From a virus: DNA of 64,000 nucleotides. Below, one piece after another: positions 7,673 through 16,959 of the stretch (within the stretch, counting starts at the first letter, position 1; each line of letters opens with the position of its first letter). The translations under genes and the position numbers were made by a program. Under the pieces are notes generated by a model, which did not search any database, was not told the DNA's origin, and saw only the letters and a list, made by a program, of their open reading frames with translations. The stretch covers positions 1 through 64,000 of IMG/VR virus record IMGVR_UViG_3300032180_000001; one strand, 5' to 3'.

Positions 7673-10234
7673 TTAATCACGCTGCGCAGTCTCATAAACA
7701 CGACGACGGATCTTCCAGAGACTCCGCCCATGGGATTCTCGGTGCAGCTCGGTCCCGATAAGCCCGGCCAGCCGACGGCCCAAGACCCTCGTACTGTGAA
7801 TGTGCGGGTGGTAGCTGCCAGCCCAGAGGTTGTACTGGGTAAGCAGGTCTCCGATATCTGTTTCCTCTGCGTGAGGAAGCACGCCCGGACGGTCACCGAC
7901 ACTCATCTCATCCATCAGCCACACGGACAGGTCATCGGCCTGGTCGGCTGCTTCCAGGAACGCCTTCGCCGCTTCCGCGGGGGCATCGTCCATCGTTCCG
8001 GACAGCGGATCCTCCAGCACCTTCGCAGCTGATCTCATCAGCATGGCGAGGATAGCGGGTGCCTCAGTGCGGAGAGCAGAAAGGGCGGCATTCGTGGCAG
8101 TGCGTATTCCTTCCAGGTCCGTGCACGCATGAGGAATGGAAACAACGCGTGCCCGGACAGCCGGATCATCATAAGGGAGAGAGACATCGGGATTCAGCGA
8201 AACCATAAAGGTGTGATGCGGCTCGAAGTCCGCAGGATCGCAGTAGAGCAGCCGAGCCTTGAATCTCTGGCCACCGGTTAGCTTCTTCAGTCGGGTACGG
8301 GAGATTTTTCCTTTCCTGTCGCTCCATTCATCTAGGTAGACAAGCCGAGAACCAGGAACGGGACCGAAGGCGCGAGCCGTTTCGATCGTGCCGTCGAACA
8401 GGTCGTCTTCAATGTCTGTCGCGTACCCGGATCCGGTGCCTAGCGCGAAGGAAAGACACCGCGCTAGGCTGCTCTTGGCCGTGTTCGCCGGTCCTCGCAG
8501 CTCGATGATGCCAGCTCGTTTGTCTGTTTTCCCGTGCACAATATGACCGAAGACGCGCAGTGCCCACGTCCGGATTTCCTCGTCGGGGTAGATGGCTTCC
8601 ATCAGGGCCTCGAAGCAGGGCGCTGTTCCGGTGAAGTCCGGTGCGCAGGGTGCGTTCTTCAGGTGCGGAATACCACGGCCGTCTTCTTCTTCCATGGTGC
8701 GCAGATTCCAGAGCCGCCCGCCGGCCCACAGTAGCTCGTCAGCGGAATCCAGGTCTTCTCCTTTAACGACGGCTCCGTGCGCTGCGGCCAGTCGCGCCAT
8801 CTGATGACCAAGGGCAGTATTACCTGAGTCTGACCGGAGTTTCGTTCGTGCGTCGTTACATCGCTTGACTACCAGGGCAGCATCTTTCTGGCTTGCTGTT
8901 ACCGCCTTGTTGTGCGCTTTTACCGCATCGGCTGCTGCCTTGTTCCGCGCTTTCACCGCCGCTTTATCAGCCGGGCTTGCTCCGATAGGAGCTATTTCGG
9001 GCTCGGGTGGGTCCTGGATTTCACCATCGGCGGGAAGGTCAGTGACGACGGGGCAGAGCGCACCGAGCGCCGCGACGTATGTTCCTGCTTCAACTGTCTC
9101 CCAGACGGGACCGCGGTCAGCGATCCATCCTCCGATGCCGGGCGCGTACGCCAGGGTGCCGACAACTCGCCGGAGGATCTCGTCCGCGATCTGGGTCTCG
9201 TCCCAGGAAGTGAGCTGGAACGGTCCGCCTGCGGCCATCTGTTCGTAGGGAGTGGGCGGCCGATCGGGAGGGTATCCGTTGCCGTTGTGACCCGAGCCGT
9301 TCCCGTTGCCCCCGGCGCCAACTCCCGCCATTTCCTGCTGCGGAATGAAAGCTTGCGCTCGCGCCACCCGTTCCGCGATGCTCTCCGGAGTCGCCCCGGT
9401 CCCGGCGATGAGCACGTCCCAGGCATCCCGGTCGTTCACCGCCTCCCAGTAAGCGTCCTCGACTTTCGCTGACCAGTGCCGGTCGAAGTCGGCGTCCGTC
9501 CACTCAGCGTCCACCGCATACTGGATGCGCAGCCATTCCGGGTACGCCTCCTCGCGGCTTAGCCCGGCCCGTGCCATACTCATCACGCAGGCCGAGAGCG
9601 TGTTGTCGTCGGTTACGCAGGCATCTGGCATGTCCCGGGTCCAGCCGCTCACCGCTCCCGTTGCCACCCCATGTCCGTTGGCATTCTGCGGGGGCGGGAA
9701 AAGGATCCTGCACTCAGTCTTGTCGGCTTCCACGGCGCTCACCAGGCTGCCAGACCAGGGCAGCATAATTCCCGGATGCGGCAGGTAATCGGGTTCGCCG
9801 CGAACAAAACCACTGGTTTTCAGGTCGTACGGCCAGTCATGTGTCGCCCATTGAGTCGGCCATTCACCCGGCCAGGCTCTGCCATCAAGATAGACATGTC
9901 TTTTCTCCGCACCGCCGGCTTTTACCGCGCCACGCAACTGATCGAGAAGCGGTTCGAGCAGCGCGCCGATGGCGGTAGAGCCGAAGCCAGCCAGGCGGTC
10001 GATGTCGACGGCGATTAGGCCGGAGGCGCGGCTGGTAACCAGGCCCCAGCCGTGGTGCGGGACGCTGCGCGCTGGCGGGGTGACGCTGCCGTAGCTGAAG
10101 CCTTCGTAACTGAAGCCTTTCAGCAGGCTCGGCCTCTTGGCTCCGTTTTCGTCGACAAAATAGGGGATATAAGTGAACCGGAAACTTTCCTGGCTGGTGG
10201 CTGCGCCTGCGGAAGGCTCATGATCGGGTACCAT
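7673..10234 (-). CDS. primase-polymerase / D5-like SF3 helicase fusion
   Basis: GLIAVDID, RHVY, DLKTSGFV (Prim-Pol-like); GPANTAKSS Walker A variant, LVYLDEW Walker B, LKKLTGG. Confidence 0.85.
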   Translation of the reverse strand: MVPDHEPSAGAATSQESFRFTYIPYFVDENGAKRPSLLKGFSYEGFSYGSVTPPARSVPHHGWGLVTSRASGLIAVDIDRLAGFGSTAIGALLEPLLDQLRGAVKAGGAEKRHVYLDGRAWPGEWPTQWATHDWPYDLKTSGFVRGEPDYLPHPGIMLPWSGSLVSAVEADKTECRILFPPPQNANGHGVATGAVSGWTRDMPDACVTDDNTLSACVMSMARAGLSREEAYPEWLRIQYAVDAEWTDADFDRHWSAKVEDAYWEAVNDRDAWDVLIAGTGATPESIAERVARAQAFIPQQEMAGVGAGGNGNGSGHNGNGYPPDRPPTPYEQMAAGGPFQLTSWDETQIADEILRRVVGTLAYAPGIGGWIADRGPVWETVEAGTYVAALGALCPVVTDLPADGEIQDPPEPEIAPIGASPADKAAVKARNKAAADAVKAHNKAVTASQKDAALVVKRCNDARTKLRSDSGNTALGHQMARLAAAHGAVVKGEDLDSADELLWAGGRLWNLRTMEEEDGRGIPHLKNAPCAPDFTGTAPCFEALMEAIYPDEEIRTWALRVFGHIVHGKTDKRAGIIELRGPANTAKSSLARCLSFALGTGSGYATDIEDDLFDGTIETARAFGPVPGSRLVYLDEWSDRKGKISRTRLKKLTGGQRFKARLLYCDPADFEPHHTFMVSLNPDVSLPYDDPAVRARVVSIPHACTDLEGIRTATNAALSALRTEAPAILAMLMRSAAKVLEDPLSGTMDDAPAEAAKAFLEAADQADDLSVWLMDEMSVGDRPGVLPHAEETDIGDLLTQYNLWAGSYHPHIHSTRVLGRRLAGLIGTELHRESHGRSLWKIRRRVYETAQRD

Positions 10235-10385
10235 CCCACTTCCTGACTAGTTCTGCGGTGGCACGCAAAAAATTTCTGCAAATTTCTGCGCGCCTGGCCG
10301 CCAAACCTGATAATGCGGTAGCCCTGCGCTTCGATGGCGCGCTGCCTTTTACAGTCTTTTGCTCGATCGTTAATTTCTATCGCGT

Positions 10386-10589
10386 TCACGACGCCGCCTC
10401 AAGCTCTTCCGCTTCCTCGGCCTGCTCTCGCTCCGCCTCACCGCCAAGAGCCTGCTCCAGGAGCACGATGATCGTGGCGTTGACCGAGCGGCGGTCGGCG
10501 TCGGCACGTTCACGGAGCCGGTCACGCAGATCACGGGGCAGCCGCACCTGAGTATTGATGAGGTCTGCGGCGTAGGTTGAACGAGTCAT
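10386..10589 (-). CDS. Arc-like ribbon-helix-helix DNA-binding protein
   Basis: TQVRLPRDLRDRLRERADADRRSVNATIIVLLEQAL. Confidence 0.85.
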   Translation of the reverse strand: MTRSTYAADLINTQVRLPRDLRDRLRERADADRRSVNATIIVLLEQALGGEAEREQAEEAEELEAAS

Positions 10590-10638
10590 AGGTGGATCAG
10601 TCTAGTCCCGCCGTCCTCCTTGCGGAAGCGAAGTCTGA

Positions 10639-10950
10639 CTAGACCCTTACAGACTCCGTGCACACCCGGCACAGGGCCTTCGCGCCGCGCTTCTTCAGCT
10701 CCCGTTCGGTACGCAGGGTGCCCGGCCAGGTGCCTGCCAGCTCGAACCCGATCCCCTGCAGGAACGCGATCCGGGTGATGGCCGATCCTGCCGTGCCGTT
10801 GGCGTGCCTCTTCAGCCGTGCGTCCAGGTTCGTCGTGAAGCCGATGTAATGCTGCGCCGACCGGCCATTCCAGGGGCGCTTGTAGTGAAGGAGGTAGCAT
10901 GTACCTATGACATCTGAGCTGCTTGACCTGGGACTTTCTGAGTCAGACAT
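10639..10950 (-). CDS. GIY-YIG nuclease family protein
   Basis: CYLLHY...HYIGFTTNLDARLKRH; start position uncertain. Confidence 0.8.
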   Translation of the reverse strand: MSDSESPRSSSSDVIGTCYLLHYKRPWNGRSAQHYIGFTTNLDARLKRHANGTAGSAITRIAFLQGIGFELAGTWPGTLRTERELKKRGAKALCRVCTESVRV

Positions 10951-11419
10951 AGTACGCTTTTATCGTTTCGTCGGAGACGGTCCCGGAGAGTGCCGGGAAT
11001 GGATGGGGGCGAAGAAAAAGACTGGCTTGGGCTACGGCTTGTTCTCATGGTGGGTGCGGGACGAACGGGGACGTCATACACGAACGATCCTTGCTCATCG
11101 GCTCGCATACCTGCTGGCGACCGGGAACAAACCGGTAGGTCACGTCTGCCATACGTGTGACAATCCGCCCTGTTGTAAGGGCGCTCACCTGTATGACGGG
11201 ACGGCGGTTACAAACAAGGATGATGCAGTACGTCGCCGTCGGCACGCATTCGGGACACGGGTGAATACAGCAAAGCTTACGAATGAGGAAGTAATCGCTA
11301 TGCGTGCCGATTGGGCGGCCGGAGGTGTAACTAAGACAGATCTGGGCCGGAAATACGGTGTCAGCAATGCTATGGCGGGATTCATTATACGGGAAGTAAA
11401 CTGGCGTCATCTGTTGTAA
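10907..11419 (+). CDS. HNH homing endonuclease with C-terminal HTH, antisense to the operon
   Basis: CREWMGA...YG...AHRLAY...VCHTCDNPPCCKGAHLYDGT. Confidence 0.9.
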   Translation: MTSELLDLGLSESDIVRFYRFVGDGPGECREWMGAKKKTGLGYGLFSWWVRDERGRHTRTILAHRLAYLLATGNKPVGHVCHTCDNPPCCKGAHLYDGTAVTNKDDAVRRRRHAFGTRVNTAKLTNEEVIAMRADWAAGGVTKTDLGRKYGVSNAMAGFIIREVNWRHLL

Positions 11420-11428
11420 AGCCCTCGG

Positions 11429-12211
11429 TCATTTAGTTCCCTCCCGTCTCGCTCGGATCTCCCCCGTCGGCATGCCGGACAGCCGCAGCGCAGCATCCTC
11501 GGCGAACGGCTCGTGCAGCTCGATCCCGACGGAGCGCAGGCCCAGCGACCGGGCTGCCACGAGCGTACTACCCGACCCGCAGAACGGATCCAGGATCAGG
11601 CCTCCCGACGGGCATCCGTATTTTATGAGCGGAAGAATAAGCTGGACGGGCTTTTCCGTGCGGTGAATGGCGCCCCGCTGGTGCATGTTCGGAACCCGGA
11701 GCACCGACCGGGCCAGCCGCGTGCCGTCATCGATGTAACCGGAATCGCCGATCTTCCCGGTGTGCGCCGGCCCCTTCCGCGTCGCGATGCTCTTGTCTCC
11801 GGTGCTGGTCTGCGGCACCCGCGGCACCTCATGATGAATCGTGCTCCATGCCCCATGGTAAAAGTGGCCGATGATCTCATGCACCCGCTTGAACCGGTCG
11901 GCCGCGAAACCGGACCCGTTCTGCTTCTCCCAGATGATGTCCTGGCTGAATTTCCATCCTGCCCCAGTGAATTCTCCGCTGCGGGCCATGAACATGCGCG
12001 AACTGCCGAAGCACCACATCGAACGGCCCGCCGTCGCGGCTATTTCCGGCCAGCCCTCGGGCCAGGTATCCCAATCGAAAGAAACCTCTTTTCCGTAAGG
12101 CGGGTCGCAGATGAGGAGATCTGCCTTCAGTTCCAGCGCGGGAATGATATCGCGCATGTCACCGAGGTACAGCTGGGTGAGGGCGTCGTCGTAATAGGGG
12201 ATCATGCCCAC
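11429..12211 (-). CDS. DNA amino-methyltransferase (N6-A/N4-C, beta class)
   Basis: ICDPPY precedes HRTEKP...ILDPFCGSGST. Confidence 0.9.
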   Translation of the reverse strand: MGMIPYYDDALTQLYLGDMRDIIPALELKADLLICDPPYGKEVSFDWDTWPEGWPEIAATAGRSMWCFGSSRMFMARSGEFTGAGWKFSQDIIWEKQNGSGFAADRFKRVHEIIGHFYHGAWSTIHHEVPRVPQTSTGDKSIATRKGPAHTGKIGDSGYIDDGTRLARSVLRVPNMHQRGAIHRTEKPVQLILPLIKYGCPSGGLILDPFCGSGSTLVAARSLGLRSVGIELHEPFAEDAALRLSGMPTGEIRARREGTK

Positions 12212-12500
12212 CCCGTGTCTTTTCAGGTCGCCACGGTATCGCGACTAGCCAGTACCGTCCGGGGGTCTCATCGAGGGGGTGGGTGACGGTCCGGATCTGG
12301 AGATGCTGAAGGTACGAGAGGATCCAGCCATCGTTGTGCAGGGAGCGAGGATAGCCGTCGATGACATGCAGGACGGTCCCGGCCGAGTACCCGCGGAGGT
12401 CTTCCGGACGGCTCACGTACCGCCACTCCCGGTGGTTGTAGCCCATCCGCTGGCACCAGCGCTGCAGTAGCTCCCAGCTAGGGGCGGTGCCCAGGTTCAT
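12159..12500 (-). CDS. small protein with VPW-type tag
   Basis: MNLGTAPSW...RYWLVAIPWRP; TGATG coupling to upstream gene. Confidence 0.6.
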   Translation of the reverse strand: MNLGTAPSWELLQRWCQRMGYNHREWRYVSRPEDLRGYSAGTVLHVIDGYPRSLHNDGWILSYLQHLQIRTVTHPLDETPGRYWLVAIPWRPEKTRGGHDPLLRRRPHPAVPR

Positions 12501-12658
12501 CAGTCCTCCCTCGGCCGCCACGGCACCGCGACGAGCCGGATCCCGGGCAGGTCTGGCAGCATGAGCGTTCCGCAGTTGCAGATGATCAGGTTGATGCCCG
12601 TTCCGGTGCTTGCCTGGCTCCCGCAATCTCCGCAGTTCCACCACACTCTGTCGCTCAT
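12500..12658 (-). CDS. 52-aa zinc-ribbon protein with VPW tag (not in ORF track)
   Basis: MSDRVWWNCGDCG...ICNCG...IRLVAVPWRPRED*; overlapping start/stop at both ends. Confidence 0.65.
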   Translation of the reverse strand: MSDRVWWNCGDCGSQASTGTGINLIICNCGTLMLPDLPGIRLVAVPWRPRED

Positions 12659-12936
12659 GATCTCTCACCCCGTGCTCTCTGCGGGGCTGGCTGCCACGGC
12701 ACCACAACGAGCCGATGCCGACCCTCCCATGCTGACCGCACCTGCACCCGGATCTTTCCCATATAGGCGTCCCAGTCTCCGAAGCGCTCGGTATAGAACT
12801 CCAGTTCTGGTTCCGCGATGGGGATGAGGCCCTCGTTGTTTAGCTTGCGGGTCAATGCCTGCCGAAGAAAGTCCTCGCGACGCGCCCGGCTGGCGTAAAG
12901 CTTCTCGCTGAAGGTGGCCCGGACCTCGAACATCAT
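12655..12936 (-). CDS. small protein with VPW tag
   Basis: Ends ...HRLVVVPWQPAPQ... Confidence 0.65.
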   Translation of the reverse strand: MMFEVRATFSEKLYASRARREDFLRQALTRKLNNEGLIPIAEPELEFYTERFGDWDAYMGKIRVQVRSAWEGRHRLVVVPWQPAPQRARGERS

Positions 12937-13187
12937 CAGCCTTCACCCCGTGTTTCCTGCAGGATTGGCTGCCAGGGTACCACGATGAGCTTACATTTCC
13001 AGGCTGTCAGGTGCCGACTGCACAGCAGATAATAGGAATAATTGATGTCGTGGTGCAATTTCCAGCAGCGGCGAAAGCTTACTACGGAACAGTCATTGCA
13101 CCATGGGATAATTTTACAGTCGGGACAAAATTGAACTTCATATTTAAGGTTACCCTTCAGCATGTCAATGAAGTAAATCGTTTTCAT
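12936..13187 (-). CDS. small Cys-rich protein with VPW tag
   Basis: CPDC...CNDC...CKLIVVPWQP. Confidence 0.65.
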   Translation of the reverse strand: MKTIYFIDMLKGNLKYEVQFCPDCKIIPWCNDCSVVSFRRCWKLHHDINYSYYLLCSRHLTAWKCKLIVVPWQPILQETRGEG

Positions 13188-13432
13188 GATCCCTCACCCT
13201 GTGCTTTCGGCCGCCATGGCACCACGACAAGGGTAGGGGGCAGCCTGACGACGCTGCGAGCATCGAGTGCCGGATCCTCAAGCGCATTAGCCTTATATGA
13301 TGCATAGCATTTCTCACATAGCAGCTCCACGTGCCCTGACTGAGCGAACACCCACAGGTACCGGGCCGGAACTCGCTGCGGCTGTCTCTCTCCGGCTCGC
13401 CAGATTCTCGCGCAGCACATGCATCTCCTCAT
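13184..13432 (-). CDS. small zinc-finger protein with VPW tag
   Basis: CMCC...LCEKC...TLVVVPWRP. Confidence 0.65.
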   Translation of the reverse strand: MRRCMCCARIWRAGERQPQRVPARYLWVFAQSGHVELLCEKCYASYKANALEDPALDARSVVRLPPTLVVVPWRPKAQGEGS

Positions 13433-13779
13433 CAGTCCTCACCCCGTTCCTTTGATCGCCATGGCACGGCAACCAGCCGGTATTTCCTCGCGTTCAGTAG
13501 CACCTCGACGGGATCTTCCCCGCCCTCGATCCGGTCTGCCTCCTCTGGCGTAACCTCGATGCCGCCGATTACCAGCGTTGAGCTAATATTACTCCTGATA
13601 TTCCAGAGGCCCCATGTCGACCTCTTATCTATTTGAGTAGTGTAAACCAGCTGCGCCTCTTCCGGCGTTACGTCCAGGTCGTCGAGAGTAATAACAGGAT
13701 ACGTGAATGAATACGGCGGGATATCGTGATGGAAGTTCAGCGCCCAGCGGCGGGGGTAGCTGCGGCTACTGCGGCTCAT
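13432..13779 (-). CDS. VPW-tag protein, tandem paralog of 13776..14117
   Basis: SRSYPRRW...PVITLDDLDVTPEEA...KYRLVAVPW. Confidence 0.7.
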   Translation of the reverse strand: MSRSSRSYPRRWALNFHHDIPPYSFTYPVITLDDLDVTPEEAQLVYTTQIDKRSTWGLWNIRSNISSTLVIGGIEVTPEEADRIEGGEDPVEVLLNARKYRLVAVPWRSKERGED

Positions 13780-14117
13780 GCCTTTTCCTCCCCCGGCTGC
13801 CATGGCACGGCTTTCAGCCAGTATTTCTTCCCCGTCCCAAGCAGCACATCGACGGGATCTTCCCCGCCCTGGATACGGTTCACTTCCTCCTGGGTGACCT
13901 CGATGCCGCTCAGCCGGAAATACCGATGGGAGTAATTATAGCGAAGGTTCCCGCGGCGCTGGTACGTGATCAGCTGCGCTTCCTCCTGCGTCACGTCCAG
14001 GTCGTCGAGGGTGATGACAGGTGACTCCGCGAAGTGAGTGTACGAGGACCAGTGCAGCGAGGCCGGATCGGGGCGACGGGCGTTCAGCACCCAGTGGCGA
14101 GGATAACTGCGGCTCAC
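13776..14117 (-). CDS. VPW-tag protein, tandem paralog of 13432..13779
   Basis: SRSYPRHW...PVITLDDLDVTQEEA...KYWLKAVPWQP. Confidence 0.7.
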   Translation of the reverse strand: MSRSYPRHWVLNARRPDPASLHWSSYTHFAESPVITLDDLDVTQEEAQLITYQRRGNLRYNYSHRYFRLSGIEVTQEEVNRIQGGEDPVDVLLGTGKKYWLKAVPWQPGEEKA

Positions 14118-14766
14118 CGTCTTCCTTCCCGACGATTTCAGTAATCCGCCGGACAACCCGGACCGGTACCGCTGCCAGAGCTGCCAGAGCCTGAGCCTTC
14201 TCGAGCGTCAGCGTGCCATGGTCGCCGAGGCCGTGATACGCTCGGATGCCGGAAGTGACGGGGAACCAGCCGACATTGTCCTGCCAGAACTCCACGTCGT
14301 AGTCAGTCAGATGTGTCTCTGCCCCGAGGCTGTCGCCGTGCAGCATCATAATGACTTCCTGCCGGACCGTGTCGGCATCGGCGCCGAGCCGAACGAGAAC
14401 CTGAGTGGCTACGTTATCACCTTCGCGGATCAGCCCCAGCAGGAGGTGCTCGGTGCCGGTGTAGTTATGGCCGAGTTGCAGCGCTTCCCGCAGCGCCAGC
14501 TCCAGGACCTTCTTGGCCCGCAGCGTGTACGGGATGTGCCCGTGCAAGGTTTGCTGCCCCCGGCCGACCGTTTCCTCGATCTGCTGGCGGGTCGCTTCCA
14601 GGCTGATCCCGAGCCCGGCGAGCACCTGCCCGGCAATGCCGTCACCCTCGCGGATCAGCCCCAGCAGGATGTGCTCAGTGCCGATGTAGTTATGATTGAA
14701 ATTTTTTGCTTCTTCCTGCGCTAGGATGACAACCTGCCGCGCCCGATCAGTAAATCGCTCGAACAT
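13936..14766 (-). CDS. stand-alone ClpC N-terminal (double Clp-N repeat) domain fused to a phage domain
   Basis: MFERFTDRARQVVILAQEEA...YIGTEHILLG...KKVLELALREA...YTGTEHLLLG; no AAA+ module; last ~60 codons overlap the next gene. Confidence 0.9.
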   Translation of the reverse strand: MFERFTDRARQVVILAQEEAKNFNHNYIGTEHILLGLIREGDGIAGQVLAGLGISLEATRQQIEETVGRGQQTLHGHIPYTLRAKKVLELALREALQLGHNYTGTEHLLLGLIREGDNVATQVLVRLGADADTVRQEVIMMLHGDSLGAETHLTDYDVEFWQDNVGWFPVTSGIRAYHGLGDHGTLTLEKAQALAALAAVPVRVVRRITEIVGKEDGEPQLSSPLGAERPSPRSGLAALVLVHSLRGVTCHHPRRPGRDAGGSAADHVPAPREPSL

Positions 14767-14843
14767 CGCCTCCCCTTCCCCTTCTCCTAGTTTGCCAGTA
14801 TACTAGAGCTAGGTTTTCGCTCTGCCAACATTGGGGATCTGCT

Positions 14844-15605
14844 ATGCCTCGCGCAGTAAAGCTTACCGTTCAACCGGGGGACCGATTCGGACGTTGTGTT
14901 GTGCTCAAGGAGTCGCGAACTCGTTCTGCCAACGGTAAGCTCCATCGTACCGTAGAGCTTAAATGCGATTGTGGGAATACTTTCAGTACTAATATTGACA
15001 ACCTTTTTAGAACAGCCAGAACGCCCACCCGATCGTGCGGATGCCTGCAACGCGAGCTTGCTGCTGAACGTCGTCGGCAACCTGATGAACAAGAGCGACT
15101 TGCAGCCCTTGTTAACTCGCCTGAAAGAAAAGCTGCTGCCGCAGCGGCTAATACAACGCATGGTCTTTCCCGTCATCCACTCTATCGTGAGTGGACAAGT
15201 ATTAAAAACAGATGTTATAACCCAAAGGCCCAACAGTTCCGGGATTACGGTGGTCGAGGAATTGTTATGAGCGATCACTGGCGTAACAGTGCGGCATCTT
15301 TCATCAAGGACATCCTGGTTACAATCGGTCCGCGTCCTGACAAACGGGTCTTGGACCGTATTGACAACAACGGGAACTACGAACCTGGGAACATCAAATG
15401 GAGTGATTGGTTTGAGTCGAACCAAAACCAGCGGCGTCATAAAGATGCAAAACTTGACTCGGAAAAAGTCCTCGATATCAAGAGGAGATTGGCTGCCGGA
15501 GAGCCGGGACGTTCGATCGCTCGCATTCACAACGTTTCGGAAGGTCTCATCAGTGATATTAAAGTCGGCAGAGTATGGCGGCATATTCAACTGTTACCTC
15601 CGTAA
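14844..15605 (+). CDS. HNH homing endonuclease with C-terminal HTH, antisense
   Basis: KCDCG...SCGC...YGGRGI...LDRIDNNGNYEPGNIKW. Confidence 0.9.
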   Translation: MPRAVKLTVQPGDRFGRCVVLKESRTRSANGKLHRTVELKCDCGNTFSTNIDNLFRTARTPTRSCGCLQRELAAERRRQPDEQERLAALVNSPERKAAAAAANTTHGLSRHPLYREWTSIKNRCYNPKAQQFRDYGGRGIVMSDHWRNSAASFIKDILVTIGPRPDKRVLDRIDNNGNYEPGNIKWSDWFESNQNQRRHKDAKLDSEKVLDIKRRLAAGEPGRSIARIHNVSEGLISDIKVGRVWRHIQLLPP

Positions 15606-15682
15606 CTGTGATCGAGCAGCCTGGCCTCTTCCTGCGCCAGCACCACGACCCGTCTCGCCTGATCAGTAAATCGCTCGTACAT
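15587..15682 (-). pseudogene. orphan 5' fragment of the ClpC-N gene
   Basis: MYERFTDQARRVVVLAQEEARLLDHSY then stop; same GAAGGGGA.GCGATG leader as at 14766. Confidence 0.8.
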
Positions 15683-15717
15683 CGCTTCCCCTTCATAGTT
15701 AACGGTTATTTTATCGG

Positions 15718-16011
15718 CTATAACGGGCTCCACGGCACGACAGTGCAGTAGATCCTGCCGAGCAGAACGTCCGCGGGGCGGGCACGCCAGAGGATATGCC
15801 GGGCCTCTTCCGGCGTAATTTCCAGGTTCCTGATGTACTTCATGAAGTTGACATCGATCCAGTCTTTGGCTGCCCGGCCCTGCGCTCGGATCTGCTCTGC
15901 CTCCCCAACGGTAACGGTTACGCTGAGTAGCCAAGCGTTTCGGTCATTGTAGTAGAGGAGGCTGCCGTCTGGGAATCTCCACCACGTTTCCTTTTCGGGA
16001 GTACTCGTCAT
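15718..16011 (-). CDS. VPW-tag protein
   Basis: MTSTPEK...LEITPEEA...VLLGRIYCTVVPWSPL. Confidence 0.65.
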   Translation of the reverse strand: MTSTPEKETWWRFPDGSLLYYNDRNAWLLSVTVTVGEAEQIRAQGRAAKDWIDVNFMKYIRNLEITPEEARHILWRARPADVLLGRIYCTVVPWSPL

Positions 16012-16361
16012 CCTTTTCCCTTTCCTTCCGGCTGCCACGGCACGACTGCCAGCCAGTATCGCTTCCCGTCGAGCAGCACGCTATGCGGGTTAGCACCATC
16101 GCGGATGAGAGCCGCTTCGTCCGGGGTAATGCGAAGGCTGACTGCCCATTGACGGGGAGCAATACGGGCTGGACAATAGATGAAGGCACCACGCTCGGCT
16201 TCATAACGAAAAGCCAGCTCTTGCGTTGTATTGAACTCAACGGTGCAATCGGTCATCGTGAAAGATTTTCGTCCTTCGAGCGCTTGGTATGAAGTAAGAG
16301 TTGGCGCGACACCGGAGAATTCTAGTGTGATCTCAACGGGGTAACGTCGGCACAGTCTCAC
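16008..16361 (-). CDS. VPW-tag protein
   Basis: ...LRITPDEA...VLLDGKRYWLAVVPWQP; GTGA coupling. Confidence 0.65.
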   Translation of the reverse strand: MRLCRRYPVEITLEFSGVAPTLTSYQALEGRKSFTMTDCTVEFNTTQELAFRYEAERGAFIYCPARIAPRQWAVSLRITPDEAALIRDGANPHSVLLDGKRYWLAVVPWQPEGKGKG

Positions 16362-16474
16362 AGGATCCCCGCCAGAATCAGGGCTCCAAGTGTAATTGCG
16401 GCCAGGAACATGAGCGCGGCGATGAAGACGAGCCCGTACAGCAGGCACCCCAGGCCCTCGGCAAAGCCATCCAT
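16358..16474 (-). CDS. 38-aa single-TM membrane peptide
   Basis: MDGFAEGLGCLLYGLVFIAALMFLAAITLGALILAGIL* (manual translation). Confidence 0.5.
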   Translation of the reverse strand: MDGFAEGLGCLLYGLVFIAALMFLAAITLGALILAGIL

Positions 16475-16959
16475 GGTAACCGCGCCTTTCTTGAGAGTGG
16501 ATCCGGCAGCCCGGCATACCTGCATGCGGCAAAAAGCGCTACCCGAGCGCTGTCTCTGGCGTCGATGCTCTTGTTCGTCATCCCGTACAATTTAGTCGCT
16601 ACGAGCCTATTGTTGTCTGCCCAGGTCTTGACCTCGCTTGCGGTGTGCCATTTCCACTCAACAGGCAGCGCATTCAGGTCGGCGATCACCTTCCGGGTGG
16701 CAGCAGCCTGCGGTCCGGTGGCTCCGGCGCCCCGTCCGGGGATGAATTTTTCTCCCGCCGCGATGACGGCTGCCCCCGGGTCTGCCTGCCCACACGCCTC
16801 GACGAGGTACTGCACCAGCCCGAAGACCGCCCCATGGTTACAGCCATACACCGACCGCTCAGTAATAGTCAATTGCCCCGTGCTTTCTGCGGGGTCCAGC
16901 CGTAGTATAGTAACGCCCGTGAAAACACCTGGATCTACGCCAAGTACATAAAGGGTCAT
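16378..16959 (-). CDS. RuvC-like Holliday junction resolvase
   Basis: VLGVDPG, AGEKF, DARDSARVA acidic motifs; C-terminus overlaps next gene. Confidence 0.7.
   Translation of the reverse strand: MTLYVLGVDPGVFTGVTILRLDPAESTGQLTITERSVYGCNHGAVFGLVQYLVEACGQADPGAAVIAAGEKFIPGRGAGATGPQAAATRKVIADLNALPVEWKWHTASEVKTWADNNRLVATKLYGMTNKSIDARDSARVALFAACRYAGLPDPLSRKARLPWMALPRAWGACCTGSSSSPRSCSWPQLHLEP

Noticed and set aside
7294-7902. 202-aa ORF between polA and primase
   Set aside because: Runs through low-complexity repeats and overlaps the primase end; no protein motif
10240-10389. DUF559-like endonuclease remnant (IEIND...RQRAIEAQGYRIIRF)
   Set aside because: Resemblance is short and lacks the N-terminal catalytic part; cannot be supported without a profile search
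14787-15590. 267-aa minus-strand ORF
   Set aside because: Antisense shadow of the HNH gene
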